A stretch of DNA of 40,299 nt, from NCBI GenBank assembly GCA_043802525.1, contig JAZDKY010000134.1:1-40299 (forward strand), in the 5' to 3' direction. The notes beneath the pieces are model-generated. The model searched no databases and was not told the DNA's origin. It saw only the letters and a list, made by a program, of their open reading frames with translations. Origin of the DNA: a bacterium (GTDB taxonomy: Bacteria > Verrucomicrobiota > Kiritimatiellia > CAIVKH01). The translations under genes and the position numbers were made by a program. This document shows positions 9,679 through 18,415 of the stretch, piece by piece; positions within the stretch are counted from its first letter, which is position 1; each line of letters opens with the position of its first letter.

Positions 9679-10728
9679 TCAAACCAGTTGATACTCGCCC
9701 TTATGCGCTTCTTCGAGGTACCGCGCCAGCAGCGTCACCGCGGCCTCGACATCCGTGCGGCTCACCATTTCGTTCACGGTGTGGATGTAACGCGTGGGCA
9801 CGCTGAGGGTCATGCTGACGGTGCCGCCGCGGGCGCGCTGCAACGCGCCGCCGTCCGTCCCGCCGCGCGGCAGAATTTCCATCTGGTGCGGGATGTTTTC
9901 GCGACGCGCGATCTCGCGGAAATGGTCGACCAGTTTCGGGTGGCAAACAAGCGACGCGTCCATGATCTTGATCGCAACGCCCTGACCGAGCTTCGTGACG
10001 GAATCCATCTCGGCCTGACCGGGAAAATCGTTGGCGAGCGTCGTGTCGAGCGCGACGCCGATGTCGGGATTCACCGCGTAGGCGGCGGTCATCGCGCCAC
10101 GAAGGCCGATTTCCTCCTGCACCGTTGCCACGGCGTAAATATCCGCATCGTGGCCGCGGAGCGCGCGCAGCGCCTCGATCATGACGTAAAGCCCGATGCG
10201 ATTGTCCATCGCCTTGCCGACGATGTTCCCGCCGCACAGTTCGAGCGTGCGGTCCATCGTGACCATGTCGCCGATCTCCACCTTCTGTTTCGCCTCCTGC
10301 GCAGGAAGTCCGATATCGACGAAGAAGTTGTCGATTTTCGGCGACTCCTTCGCCTCTTCCGGGCTCAGCATGTGTGTGGGCTTGGTCGTATACGCCAGCA
10401 CGCCGCGCAGGGTTTCGCCGCTGCGGCTATGGACCAGGACTCGTTGCGCGAAAAGCTGGCGCGGATCGAATCCTCCGAGCGTCTGAAGGCGCAGAAAGCC
10501 CTTGTCGTCGATGTACTTCACATAGAAGCCGATCTCGTCCATGTGCGCCGCGACCATCACCTTCAATCTTCCGCCACCCGCTTTAAGGCCGATCAGGTTG
10601 CCCATGACGTCGACCTCGATGGAATCGACGAGGGGAGTTATCGCCTCGCGAACGATGGCGCGGAGCCGTTCTTCTCGTCCCGAGGTGCCGGCGGTCTCGC
10701 TGAGTTTCTTGAGGAGATCGATGTCCAT
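9679..10728 (-). CDS. M42 family metallopeptidase (glutamyl aminopeptidase / FrvX-like).
   Basis: MDIDLLKKLSE...AHMDEIGF...DNRIG...QEEIGLRGA motifs. The longer +strand ORF 9529..10896 is its antisense shadow. Confidence 0.8.
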   Translation of the reverse strand: MDIDLLKKLSETAGTSGREERLRAIVREAITPLVDSIEVDVMGNLIGLKAGGGRLKVMVAAHMDEIGFYVKYIDDKGFLRLQTLGGFDPRQLFAQRVLVHSRSGETLRGVLAYTTKPTHMLSPEEAKESPKIDNFFVDIGLPAQEAKQKVEIGDMVTMDRTLELCGGNIVGKAMDNRIGLYVMIEALRALRGHDADIYAVATVQEEIGLRGAMTAAYAVNPDIGVALDTTLANDFPGQAEMDSVTKLGQGVAIKIMDASLVCHPKLVDHFREIARRENIPHQMEILPRGGTDGGALQRARGGTVSMTLSVPTRYIHTVNEMVSRTDVEAAVTLLARYLEEAHKGEYQLV

Positions 10729-10896
10729 ATTGTAATTCCGATGCTGGATGCCGGATTCTGGATACCGGATGAGAGCCGGAGTACTATCCGGCATCCAGTT
10801 TCCAGAATCCAGCATCGAGTGTCATGGGTAGGTCAGTTTGAATTACCCGTCGCATTTCTCATGCGCGTCCCCGGCGACCTTGCCTCCGGCGCATGA

Positions 10897-11139
10897 GCGT
10901 CAACCTAAGCATGATCCGAAATACGGCCCATTATGGCGATTTTCGCCAACGCGACGTGCGTTGGCTTTGGAGTGCGGTGGCTTGCCACCGCCCTTCTTCG
11001 CCGCGGCTTGACGCGGCGTCTTTTTAGCGCGCGGCAAGCCGCACGCTGACAAGGCGGCGGCAAGCCGCCGCACTCCAAAATCCGGCTCTCGCCGGATCAA
11101 AAGATTCATGGCTGGGCTGCTTCTGCGTTAGGTTGACGC
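10897..11139. repeat. 12-bp perfect terminal inverted repeat (gcgtcaacctaa / ttaggttgacgc) flanking about 220 bp. The interior contains a +strand hairpin followed by a T-run (cgccgcg-gcttga-cgcggcg tcttttta, 10999..11025) and a second palindrome (ggcggc-aa-gccgcc). It is a MITE-like element or a small structured RNA locus.
   Basis: Inverted-repeat arms at 10897-10908 and 11128-11139. The internal terminator-like hairpin was read from the sequence. Confidence 0.35.
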
Positions 11140-11234
11140 ACATGGCCAAAGACATCCGCCACCGGAGGAAACCGCGAATGAACGCTAATGAAAATCGAAT
11201 CAAGAGCAGGAAAACCCAAATCGCATCGTTACGG

Positions 11235-11657
11235 CTAAGAAGCTGCCCCGGCCGCGCCGACGGGCTTCTCCTCGGAAGGGAACCAGCTCTCCTCGGTCTC
11301 GTGAAGCCACTCCACCAGGCTCTCGAGAAACTCCTTCTTGATCAGGTTGGCTTTCAATTCCGCTTCCCGGCTTAGATCGTCTATCGCGGTGCGCAGTTCG
11401 TTGAGCTGGATATCGTAGACCAGATCGCTGTAGCCGTTCACGACCAATACCTTCTCGATATCCGGTTTTGCCTCGAATTCGGCATACGACCATGATCTTA
11501 TGTCGATGTACGAATCCTTCCACGCCAGGAATCGTTTGCTGACGACAACGACGCCCTTGGGCGTCTGGATGATGTGATGGTCCATGATCCAAACGGACAT
11601 GACGCAGGCACCGACAGCCGTCAGGCCTACGAACAGTGCGGCAAAGAACTTCTTCAT
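11235..11657 (-). CDS. Hypothetical membrane-anchored protein with a single N-terminal transmembrane helix.
   Basis: Hydrophobic N-terminus MKKFFAALFVGLTAVGACVMSVWI. Strong purine-rich RBS (gggggggaag) upstream. The overlapping 334-aa minus-strand ORF is rejected as a shadow. Confidence 0.5.
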   Translation of the reverse strand: MKKFFAALFVGLTAVGACVMSVWIMDHHIIQTPKGVVVVSKRFLAWKDSYIDIRSWSYAEFEAKPDIEKVLVVNGYSDLVYDIQLNELRTAIDDLSREAELKANLIKKEFLESLVEWLHETEESWFPSEEKPVGAAGAAS

Positions 11658-11747
11658 CAGCTTCCCCCCCCTGTTTTCTTACGCAACCCACTCCGAAAGG
11701 ACTGCTCTCGCATCTACGAATAAACAAATAACACCAAAAACAAACTA

Positions 11748-11776
11748 TTGACAAGAGAAATAAAAAGAAATAGTTT
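11748..11776 (+). promoter_or_regulatory. AT-rich divergent promoter region. It holds TTGACA, a 17-nt spacer and TAGTTT upstream of 11800. This is a striking AT-rich island in a GC-rich background.
   Basis: Hexamers and spacing were read from the sequence. The -10 element is weak. Confidence 0.3.
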
Positions 11777-11799
11777 AAGAAGTATGAAACCAAGGTGCC

Positions 11800-12156
11800 A
11801 TGAGCCCCGATAAAGAATTCCTGTCGCTGGAAGAAGTCGCCGATCTGCTCGGCGTCAATTATCAGCTCATCTATAAGCTTGTCCGGTCGGGAGAGCTTCC
11901 CGCCGCGCGGGTCGGAAGGGTCTATCGCGTGCTGCGGCGCGATCTGGACCGCTATATCGAGCATTCGAAGACGATGGGCGGCGACTACGCGTGTTCCTCC
12001 TGCGGAACCACCTATAAGAGCAAGGCTTCCCTTTCCCAGGCGTGCACCGAGTGCGGGGAGCCAATCTGTATGGACTGCTGGAGCCGCAGGGGCATCCGGC
12101 ATTGCAAGGCACATCAGGACGAGGGGCAAAAGGGAAAGAACGGAAAACCGAAGTGA
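11800..12156 (+). CDS. Small DNA-binding protein. It has an N-terminal excisionase/MerR-type helix-turn-helix and a C-terminal Cys4 zinc ribbon.
   Basis: LSLEEVADLLGVNYQLIYKLVRSGELPAARVG matches the excisionase-family HTH. CSSCG...CTECG...CMDC...CKAH are Cys clusters. Confidence 0.6.
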   Translation: MSPDKEFLSLEEVADLLGVNYQLIYKLVRSGELPAARVGRVYRVLRRDLDRYIEHSKTMGGDYACSSCGTTYKSKASLSQACTECGEPICMDCWSRRGIRHCKAHQDEGQKGKNGKPK

Positions 12157-12202
12157 AGTGCGGCGGTCTTCGCCGCTCGCGATTGAATAAGGAGACACGG
12201 CC

Positions 12203-13831
12203 ATGGGACTGTTTAGCGATACCTGTCATGCGTTGATCGATCGCACGACTTCAAAGGCACTCAGGGGGGAAGCGCTTGAAAAGGCGAAGCAGGATCCCAC
12301 GTCGCCACGCTGCGGCTCCACGGTGAAGCGGGCGGCCCGGTTCTGCAGCAAATGCGGCACAGGCGCGCCGGGTGGCTGGTGGCAGTGTCCCGACTGCAAG
12401 AAGTGGGTCGGCAACGAATCCAACTTCTGCTGGAACTGCAAGAAGCCGCTTCACCCGGAAAGCAGGGATGCTGTGGCCGGCGGCGCCTGGCAGCGGACGG
12501 CGGGCGTGTTTGCCGAGCGGTTTGAAGTGGGCGACGTGAAGCGCCTGCTGGAGAAGGGATTCACCATTGAGACCGGAACGGCGGCGATTCTGCTGGATGG
12601 CGGCGCATTCAAGGACGTGCTCGGCCCGGGGCGCCACAACGTGGACAGCCTCGCGCACAAGATCAACTGGTGGGGTAATGAGCCATCCAGAACCATTGTC
12701 CTCGTGGAAAATGGCGACGTTGTCCTCCCGCTGCGCGTCGAAGGACTTCGCTCGTCCGAAGACATGCCGCTCGAATTCTACAGCGAGGTCGCCTTCCATT
12801 TCACGGAGAAGGGGGCCGCGGATTTCATCGCGAACCTGTTCAAGAACTCGCAGCAGTTGGGCTATTCCGATCTCCAGGAGAAGCTGTCTGCCGAGATCCG
12901 CTATGCCGTGGAGAGCCTTTGCGTCAAATCCACCGCCGATGATCTCGTGAAAGACCCGCAGCGACGGCTGCAGATCGAAGACGCGCTCCAAACCACGCTC
13001 AAGACCGCGCTGGAGCGATATGGGCTCGAGATCGTGCGGGTGGCTTCGACTGAATTCACGGGGCCCGAGTACGAGGCGCTGCGCGCCAAGTCTGGGGAGA
13101 TTGAAATCAAGCGCCGCCAGTTTGAGTTCGACCAGCGAATGCGCGAACTCGTTCTCTCCGAAGGGATGCACCAGTTCAAATCCGAGCAGGATCTCGGTGA
13201 ATACGTCGCGCAGCTCGCACAGGAACGGAATGTATCCTCCGAGCACCGCGACCACGAGCTGGCCATCCTGCGCATGGTTCACCGGCACGAGCTGGACGAG
13301 AAAGAGGCGGCGTTCGCCATGGCGCGGGAGATGGAGAAAGCCGGGCACGAGATCGGTATCAAGATCAAGTGGGACGACTACACGCGCGATAAACTTCTCA
13401 AGGATGCCCAGGCGGAAGCCGAGGTCACAGGGATCTGGCTCAAGGTGAAGGAGGAGCGGAAGCGGATCAAGCGGGAGCACGAGGCGGAGGTGGCGAAGAT
13501 TCGCGAGGGGATGAGCCTTCAGACACTCGTGTCCATGACCGATGACCCGGCCAAGCGCGCGGACCTCATAAGACTCGGCGCGCAGTTGCAGGCGCAGGGC
13601 AAATCGGCTGACGAAATCCTCGCGCTGCAGGCGGCGCAGAACCCGGACGTTGTGCGGGTGCTGGCAGAGCGGGAGCGTGGGAAGCGCGAGGACCGTGAGA
13701 AGGACTGGGAGGAGCGGAAGAAGCTGCTCGATGAAGCATCCGAAAGGCTCGAGCGCATCTTGAAGGCTGCCTTGGAGACGACCGCCGAGGCGGCGAAGCA
13801 TCCGGGCTCCAACACGCAGATCGTGAAGTAG
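12203..13831 (+). CDS. Zinc-ribbon plus SPFH/Band-7-like domain protein with a long C-terminal coiled-coil.
   Basis: AAGGAG RBS. N-terminal CxxC pairs (CGSTV..CSKCG; CPDCKK..CWNCKK). The central block (ILLDGGAFKDVLGPGRHNV...TIVLVENGDVVLPL) resembles the SPFH domain. The C-terminus is E/K/R-rich helical. Confidence 0.55.
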   Translation: MGLFSDTCHALIDRTTSKALRGEALEKAKQDPTSPRCGSTVKRAARFCSKCGTGAPGGWWQCPDCKKWVGNESNFCWNCKKPLHPESRDAVAGGAWQRTAGVFAERFEVGDVKRLLEKGFTIETGTAAILLDGGAFKDVLGPGRHNVDSLAHKINWWGNEPSRTIVLVENGDVVLPLRVEGLRSSEDMPLEFYSEVAFHFTEKGAADFIANLFKNSQQLGYSDLQEKLSAEIRYAVESLCVKSTADDLVKDPQRRLQIEDALQTTLKTALERYGLEIVRVASTEFTGPEYEALRAKSGEIEIKRRQFEFDQRMRELVLSEGMHQFKSEQDLGEYVAQLAQERNVSSEHRDHELAILRMVHRHELDEKEAAFAMAREMEKAGHEIGIKIKWDDYTRDKLLKDAQAEAEVTGIWLKVKEERKRIKREHEAEVAKIREGMSLQTLVSMTDDPAKRADLIRLGAQLQAQGKSADEILALQAAQNPDVVRVLAERERGKREDREKDWEERKKLLDEASERLERILKAALETTAEAAKHPGSNTQIVK

Positions 13832-13863
13832 TGCGGGCAATTCAGGCACACCGGTAAAATGAG

Positions 13864-15405
13864 ATGAGTGACGTCCTCAGAACATGTCCGTCCTGCAGAA
13901 CGCCCCGCGATGCGGGCGATTCGTTCTGCAGCCACTGCAATGCGGAGCTTCCGCCGGTCGACCCTTCGCCGCCCGCGGTCGATCCGGACACGGCGGGCAG
14001 CCGGCCGACCATCGGCGGCGAAGGCATCTCAGAACCGGCCGTGGTCGAGGAATGTTCGGATCCGCAGCCCGTTCCGGAAATTCCTCGTCGCCGGGAGGAT
14101 CCCAGGAAGGAAGATCCGGTCGCCCCCGTGTTGTCGCCCGCCATGCCTTCGCATTGCCCCGACCTGAAAATCCTCTACGACACCGGACGTGTTTTCGTGG
14201 AAGGGCTCTATGTTCCGTTCCATTTCAAGGTCACGCCCCGGAACGAGGAGATAACCGGTCTTTTCATCGAAATCCGAAGGGACAGGGAGGTCATCGCGCG
14301 GGAAGAACCGGATGAACTGCTGACGCCGGGTGATGAGGTGCAACTGTACCTCGGCTACACCCCTCCGCGCGGCTTGGGCGGGCACGTGGATTTCAAGCTG
14401 TACGTGGGCTACAAGCTCGGCGACGAGCAGCGCTACTTCCTTGCAAGGAAGCGGCACACGGTCTTCCGGGCCAAGGAGAAAGTCCGCAGCGTTATCGAAA
14501 ACCTGCGCATCGACCTTCACAACAACCTGAGCGGTGGCCACGCCAGCGAGAATACGGTCAACCAGCACCTCGACGGACTCGAGGAGCTTTGCCCCAAGGC
14601 GAACGATCCCGCGGAGGAAATCAAGTTCATCGACCTGCCGGCCCTTTGGGAAGAGCTCGTGCTTCACAGAAGCAAGTACTCGTCGATCGGCCGGCCCGGG
14701 CATGGTTGCGAAGGGCTGCGGTTGGCCCAGCCACCTCCGGAAGCGGTCCATGCGCGTTTGACTCTTTCGTGGCGCGGCAGGCATATCCATCTGCTGTCCG
14801 ATCGGGCCGTACAGCTCGGCCGGAACCGGCAGTGCGACATTGTGACGCGCATGGGATCCGCCAAGAGTGAGGCCAATGACCCGATCAGCAGGTTACATTG
14901 CCGGATCGAGAACATGGGTGACCGGTGTTACGTGCTCGATAAAGGACCAGAGCAGGGCAGCCACAGCGCGATGGGCACCTACCTGAACGGGCGGCGTGTC
15001 AAAGAGGGCGGGAGCGCGGAGCTTCCCCAGAGCCGCGCCTTTACCGTTTCGCTTGCGAGCCCATCCGTGAATGACCCGTCCGTCTTTTCCCTGGAGGGCA
15101 ACGTGGTCTTGAGCGGCGAACACGGTGCGGAGCAGCCGGCCTGCAGGGACGAGGGAACTCCCGGCCATCCAGCCTGCCTGGTTCTCCGCAGGTCTGCGGA
15201 CAGCCCCGAGGTCTTCCTGCTCTTGTGGAAGCACGTTCATCTGAAGGTTGTGGACCCCGAATTCGGAAGCGCCTGCATTTGCAGGCGGTCGGGTGGATTC
15301 GTGCTGAGCCAGGGCGGCGCGTGCGAATGGCTGGCGCCGGGCACCAGCGTCTCCGCGCCGGCCGGAGAGATTCGGGTCCGCGAATACAAGCAGAAGGATC
15401 TATGA
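13864..15405 (+). CDS. Zinc-ribbon plus FHA (forkhead-associated, phospho-Thr-binding) domain protein.
   Basis: N-terminal CPSCRT..CSHCN. FHA core (VQLGRNRQCDIV...ISRLHCRIENMGDRCYVLDKGS..GTYLNGRRV). Confidence 0.7.
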   Translation: MSDVLRTCPSCRTPRDAGDSFCSHCNAELPPVDPSPPAVDPDTAGSRPTIGGEGISEPAVVEECSDPQPVPEIPRRREDPRKEDPVAPVLSPAMPSHCPDLKILYDTGRVFVEGLYVPFHFKVTPRNEEITGLFIEIRRDREVIAREEPDELLTPGDEVQLYLGYTPPRGLGGHVDFKLYVGYKLGDEQRYFLARKRHTVFRAKEKVRSVIENLRIDLHNNLSGGHASENTVNQHLDGLEELCPKANDPAEEIKFIDLPALWEELVLHRSKYSSIGRPGHGCEGLRLAQPPPEAVHARLTLSWRGRHIHLLSDRAVQLGRNRQCDIVTRMGSAKSEANDPISRLHCRIENMGDRCYVLDKGPEQGSHSAMGTYLNGRRVKEGGSAELPQSRAFTVSLASPSVNDPSVFSLEGNVVLSGEHGAEQPACRDEGTPGHPACLVLRRSADSPEVFLLLWKHVHLKVVDPEFGSACICRRSGGFVLSQGGACEWLAPGTSVSAPAGEIRVREYKQKDL

Positions 15406-15430
15406 ACGGCACCAAACTGGAGGACGCAAC

Positions 15431-16369
15431 ATGAGAACAGGAAATGAAGGATCCGATTCAACAGGGCCGGCGAAACAGATGTTTCTCCTGCGCGCCTTTT
15501 CATCTGTGGCCGTGCTGGCCCTGCTGCTTACGGGCTGTGCCACGACGACGCCGCCGAAACTTGAGCCCCGCATCGAGGCGCCCCCCGCCGCGTCCGTGTC
15601 GCCTTCACCGGCCGAGGTCCTGGCGCAGGAGGACATGAGTGGGCAATTGGTCACGTTCGGCAAACTCCGCACCGTGCTTCGCGGGAAAGAGGTGATCATC
15701 GACGAGAATGGCAGCGAGAGGCAGGCGAGTGAGATCCGGCCTGAACTCGAGCAGGACATGGTGAAAAGGGACTTCCGCATCTTCAGCGGCGCCGTGCTGC
15801 CCGATTCGGATGTCGCCGGGATTACGCGCGAGACCAAGGCCCACCTGGTGGTCACGATTGACGCGAAAAGCGAAATCGTCAACTCGACGGGAAACTTCAG
15901 CAAGTACAGGGCATCCGCGGAGGTGAAGGCCATTCGAGGACACGATGGGACCATCCTCGCGGAAGCCCGCGCGGAAGCCATGGGGCCTCGCCAACAGGAC
16001 AGTGACCGTGCAGGTCAATTGGCCCTCCGATCCTTGACGCCGGACCTGTCGAAGCAATTGCTCGAAGGTCTTCTCGGCAAGACGGACCAGCTCCTGTGGG
16101 CCGGCCTCATCATCAACAGCGTGCAGAGCATGGACAAGGCGCTCGCGATCCAGCGCGGCATAGAAAGCAAATCCTTCGTAAGCTACGTCGAACTGCTCAA
16201 CTGGGACAGGGATACGCAGGTCGCCACGTTCGAGATCATTTATGGAACCAAGCACGAGTCGGACGTGGCCTTGCTGTTGAACGACATCCCCCATGTGAAA
16301 GTCAGGCCGACCAAGTACGAGCCGGGCCGCATGGAGGTCCTGAGAAAGACCATGACGGGGTACAAGTAG
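15431..16369 (+). CDS. Lipoprotein (lipobox LLLTGC). An alternative start at 15479 (MFLLRAF...) is possible.
   Basis: GGAGG RBS 7 nt upstream of 15431. Hydrophobic stretch plus Cys lipobox. Confidence 0.55.
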   Translation: MRTGNEGSDSTGPAKQMFLLRAFSSVAVLALLLTGCATTTPPKLEPRIEAPPAASVSPSPAEVLAQEDMSGQLVTFGKLRTVLRGKEVIIDENGSERQASEIRPELEQDMVKRDFRIFSGAVLPDSDVAGITRETKAHLVVTIDAKSEIVNSTGNFSKYRASAEVKAIRGHDGTILAEARAEAMGPRQQDSDRAGQLALRSLTPDLSKQLLEGLLGKTDQLLWAGLIINSVQSMDKALAIQRGIESKSFVSYVELLNWDRDTQVATFEIIYGTKHESDVALLLNDIPHVKVRPTKYEPGRMEVLRKTMTGYK

Positions 16370-16401
16370 GATTTCGTTTCATCAAAGGGAAGGAATTGCA
16401 C

Positions 16402-17097
16402 ATGAAAACAATCAGATCAGCCATCGCGGTTCTAGCGGCATCGTCGCTGCTCATTCATCTGCCGGCGTCCGCCGCACTCGAAGCGCCGCGCGGCTCCATC
16501 GTCGAACGCAACATCGACCTTGCGGCCGAGAAGGCGTTTGACCAGTGGATGGGCAGCCTGGAAAGCGCGCCGCACGCGGACGACGTCCAGAACATCGGCA
16601 TCTTGAAGCTTGCCGGCGACACCAGGGATTTCACCTCGCTCCTGGCGGAGAAGCTGACCGCCTCCAAACGATTCCATGTCGTGATCCTCAGTGGAGGCGA
16701 CTGGAACGCGATCGAGGACGAAATGGCCCGTCAGGACGTGGATGCCGGCTTCGGGGACATCATGAACAAGGCGACGATCATGTGGACGAATGCCCGCGGC
16801 GCCTACGTCATCCCTGAGACGACCAAGGGTGCTGACGCACTCTTGCTGGGGCGGGTGCGCGATGTTGACGGGGACTGGCTCCGTGCGCGCGCCCGGATCA
16901 CGATGCATCTGGCCCGGGTCGACACGCGGACGCAGGTCGCCGGCGGCATAGCGGAAGGCGAGTCCGTCATGTCGATCAGGGACTTGGCGATCTACTTCAA
17001 GGTCGAGCTGTTGATCGGGGCTGGTTGCCTGGTTGTTGCGATGATCCTGCTGGCCCTGATCAGGGGCTTTTTCAAGGGCATGTCGAGGCCCCGATAA
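16402..17097 (+). CDS. Secreted protein with a C-terminal transmembrane anchor; hypothetical.
   Basis: ATG 16402 follows AAAGGGAAGG. Signal peptide MKTIRSAIAVLAASSLLIHLPASA. C-terminal hydrophobic helix LIGAGCLVVAMILLALI. Confidence 0.5.
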   Translation: MKTIRSAIAVLAASSLLIHLPASAALEAPRGSIVERNIDLAAEKAFDQWMGSLESAPHADDVQNIGILKLAGDTRDFTSLLAEKLTASKRFHVVILSGGDWNAIEDEMARQDVDAGFGDIMNKATIMWTNARGAYVIPETTKGADALLLGRVRDVDGDWLRARARITMHLARVDTRTQVAGGIAEGESVMSIRDLAIYFKVELLIGAGCLVVAMILLALIRGFFKGMSRPR

Positions 17098-17119
17098 GGG
17101 CCGGAAAGGGGAAGGCGCG

Positions 17120-17803
17120 ATGAAAAGAATGATGAAATGGTTTGTGATAACCGCACTGGGCGGCCTGTTCGTCTCAAGCGGCGATGCGGAATCGGCATCC
17201 TTCGGGGTCCGATTGTCTTCCACCACGTGGAAGGAGCGGAGCCTTTTCGGCGAGGAAGCCCAGAAGGCAGAAGGCTCAATGTTCGGGCCTACGCTCCTTT
17301 TCCGGCTCGGCCAGGATGATCCCTGGGGCATTGGTCTCGACGGCGCCTATGGCCAGTTGGACAATATGGACCGCGCCGACACGGACCTGTCCCTAGTCTA
17401 TAATATCTCGCCCGCGTTTGGTGTGTTCGCGGATTTCAAATATCTCTGGTACGACTACGAGTCGGACAGCGCCGATCGTGGCGAGAGCATTTCCACAACC
17501 GGCATTGGTCTTGGCCTGGGCGTCAACGTTAACGCTCCGCTTGGTTCGAGCGGGTTCTTCGCCTTTGGGAGCATGCGCGCTGTTCCCATGAGCATGGAGA
17601 CCGACGTACCGGACGCCGACGGCACAAGCCTGCTTTGGGCATACGAAGGAGGCTTTGCCTACGGGACGCCTTTGGATCTCGGCGCAAGCGACAGCTCGAT
17701 CTACTTCTCGCTGGGCTACCGGCAGCAGCAACTGAAGGGTGGCGAATTTGATGAAACCACGCGCCAGCCATTCGCGGAGATTGGGTTCAAGCAGGAATTC
17801 TGA
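17120..17803 (+). CDS. Outer-membrane beta-barrel protein (OmpW/porin-like), ending in a terminal Phe.
   Basis: Signal peptide. Alternating hydrophobic beta-strand pattern. C-terminal ...EIGFKQEF. Confidence 0.55.
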   Translation: MKRMMKWFVITALGGLFVSSGDAESASFGVRLSSTTWKERSLFGEEAQKAEGSMFGPTLLFRLGQDDPWGIGLDGAYGQLDNMDRADTDLSLVYNISPAFGVFADFKYLWYDYESDSADRGESISTTGIGLGLGVNVNAPLGSSGFFAFGSMRAVPMSMETDVPDADGTSLLWAYEGGFAYGTPLDLGASDSSIYFSLGYRQQQLKGGEFDETTRQPFAEIGFKQEF

Positions 17804-17831
17804 TATCTTGGATTGTTAGAGGCATGCTAGC

Positions 17832-18065
17832 GTGTTCGGCCTGACAATGAAAGAAACCAGGCTACAGCATGTCATGGTTGCGGTTGTACTTATCTACCAG
17901 CGGTACGCTCCCGCACGGATCCGGAATTCATGCAGATTCGAGCCGACATGCTCAAATTACGCTATGCTCGCTATCCGCAAGTATGGCGCTTTTATAGGCG
18001 TTATGCGGAGCTTCCGTCGCATAATATCCTGCCATGAACCAAACGGCGGCGTCGACAATCCATAA
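17832..18065 (+). CDS. yidD: Membrane protein insertion efficiency factor YidD.
   Basis: YQRY...CRFEPTCSNYA..AI.KYG...RIISCHP-like signature of the YidD family. It sits in a lower-GC patch. Confidence 0.75.
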   Translation: MFGLTMKETRLQHVMVAVVLIYQRYAPARIRNSCRFEPTCSNYAMLAIRKYGAFIGVMRSFRRIISCHEPNGGVDNP

Positions 18066-18074
18066 GGGAGATAC

Positions 18075-18311
18075 ATGAGTCAGTATAAGTGCGTGCCGGG
18101 TCCGAAAAATCTCGTTGTGAACAAGATCGAAGATATGGACAAAGCAGTTGTTCAATTCTCGGATCTGATCAATCAACAATGCAAAGACGGGTGGGACTTC
18201 TTTGCCCTTGAAGAAGTGTCCGTGACGCGTCGTCCCGGTTGCCTCGCTAGCCTCTTCGGCGCGAAAGAGACAACGATCGCTTACAACATGCTTGTATTCA
18301 AGAAAGGCTAG
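18075..18311 (+). CDS. Small hypothetical protein (possibly DUF4177-like).
   Basis: A 78-aa ORF immediately downstream of yidD. Weak resemblance only. Confidence 0.35.
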   Translation: MSQYKCVPGPKNLVVNKIEDMDKAVVQFSDLINQQCKDGWDFFALEEVSVTRRPGCLASLFGAKETTIAYNMLVFKKG

Positions 18312-18415
18312 AATCATTCGGTTCGGATCGGACGGTTGATTCAGGGGCGGCTCACCTGTCCGGTCCGAACCGGGAAGTGGACTGCCATGATCCGGCATAC
18401 GGAGGAGATGTGTGA

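Noticed and set aside
11133-11375. 80-aa +strand ORF beginning inside the inverted-repeat-bounded element
   Set aside because: It overlaps the C-terminus of the well-supported minus-strand gene 11235..11657 and has no RBS or domain support.
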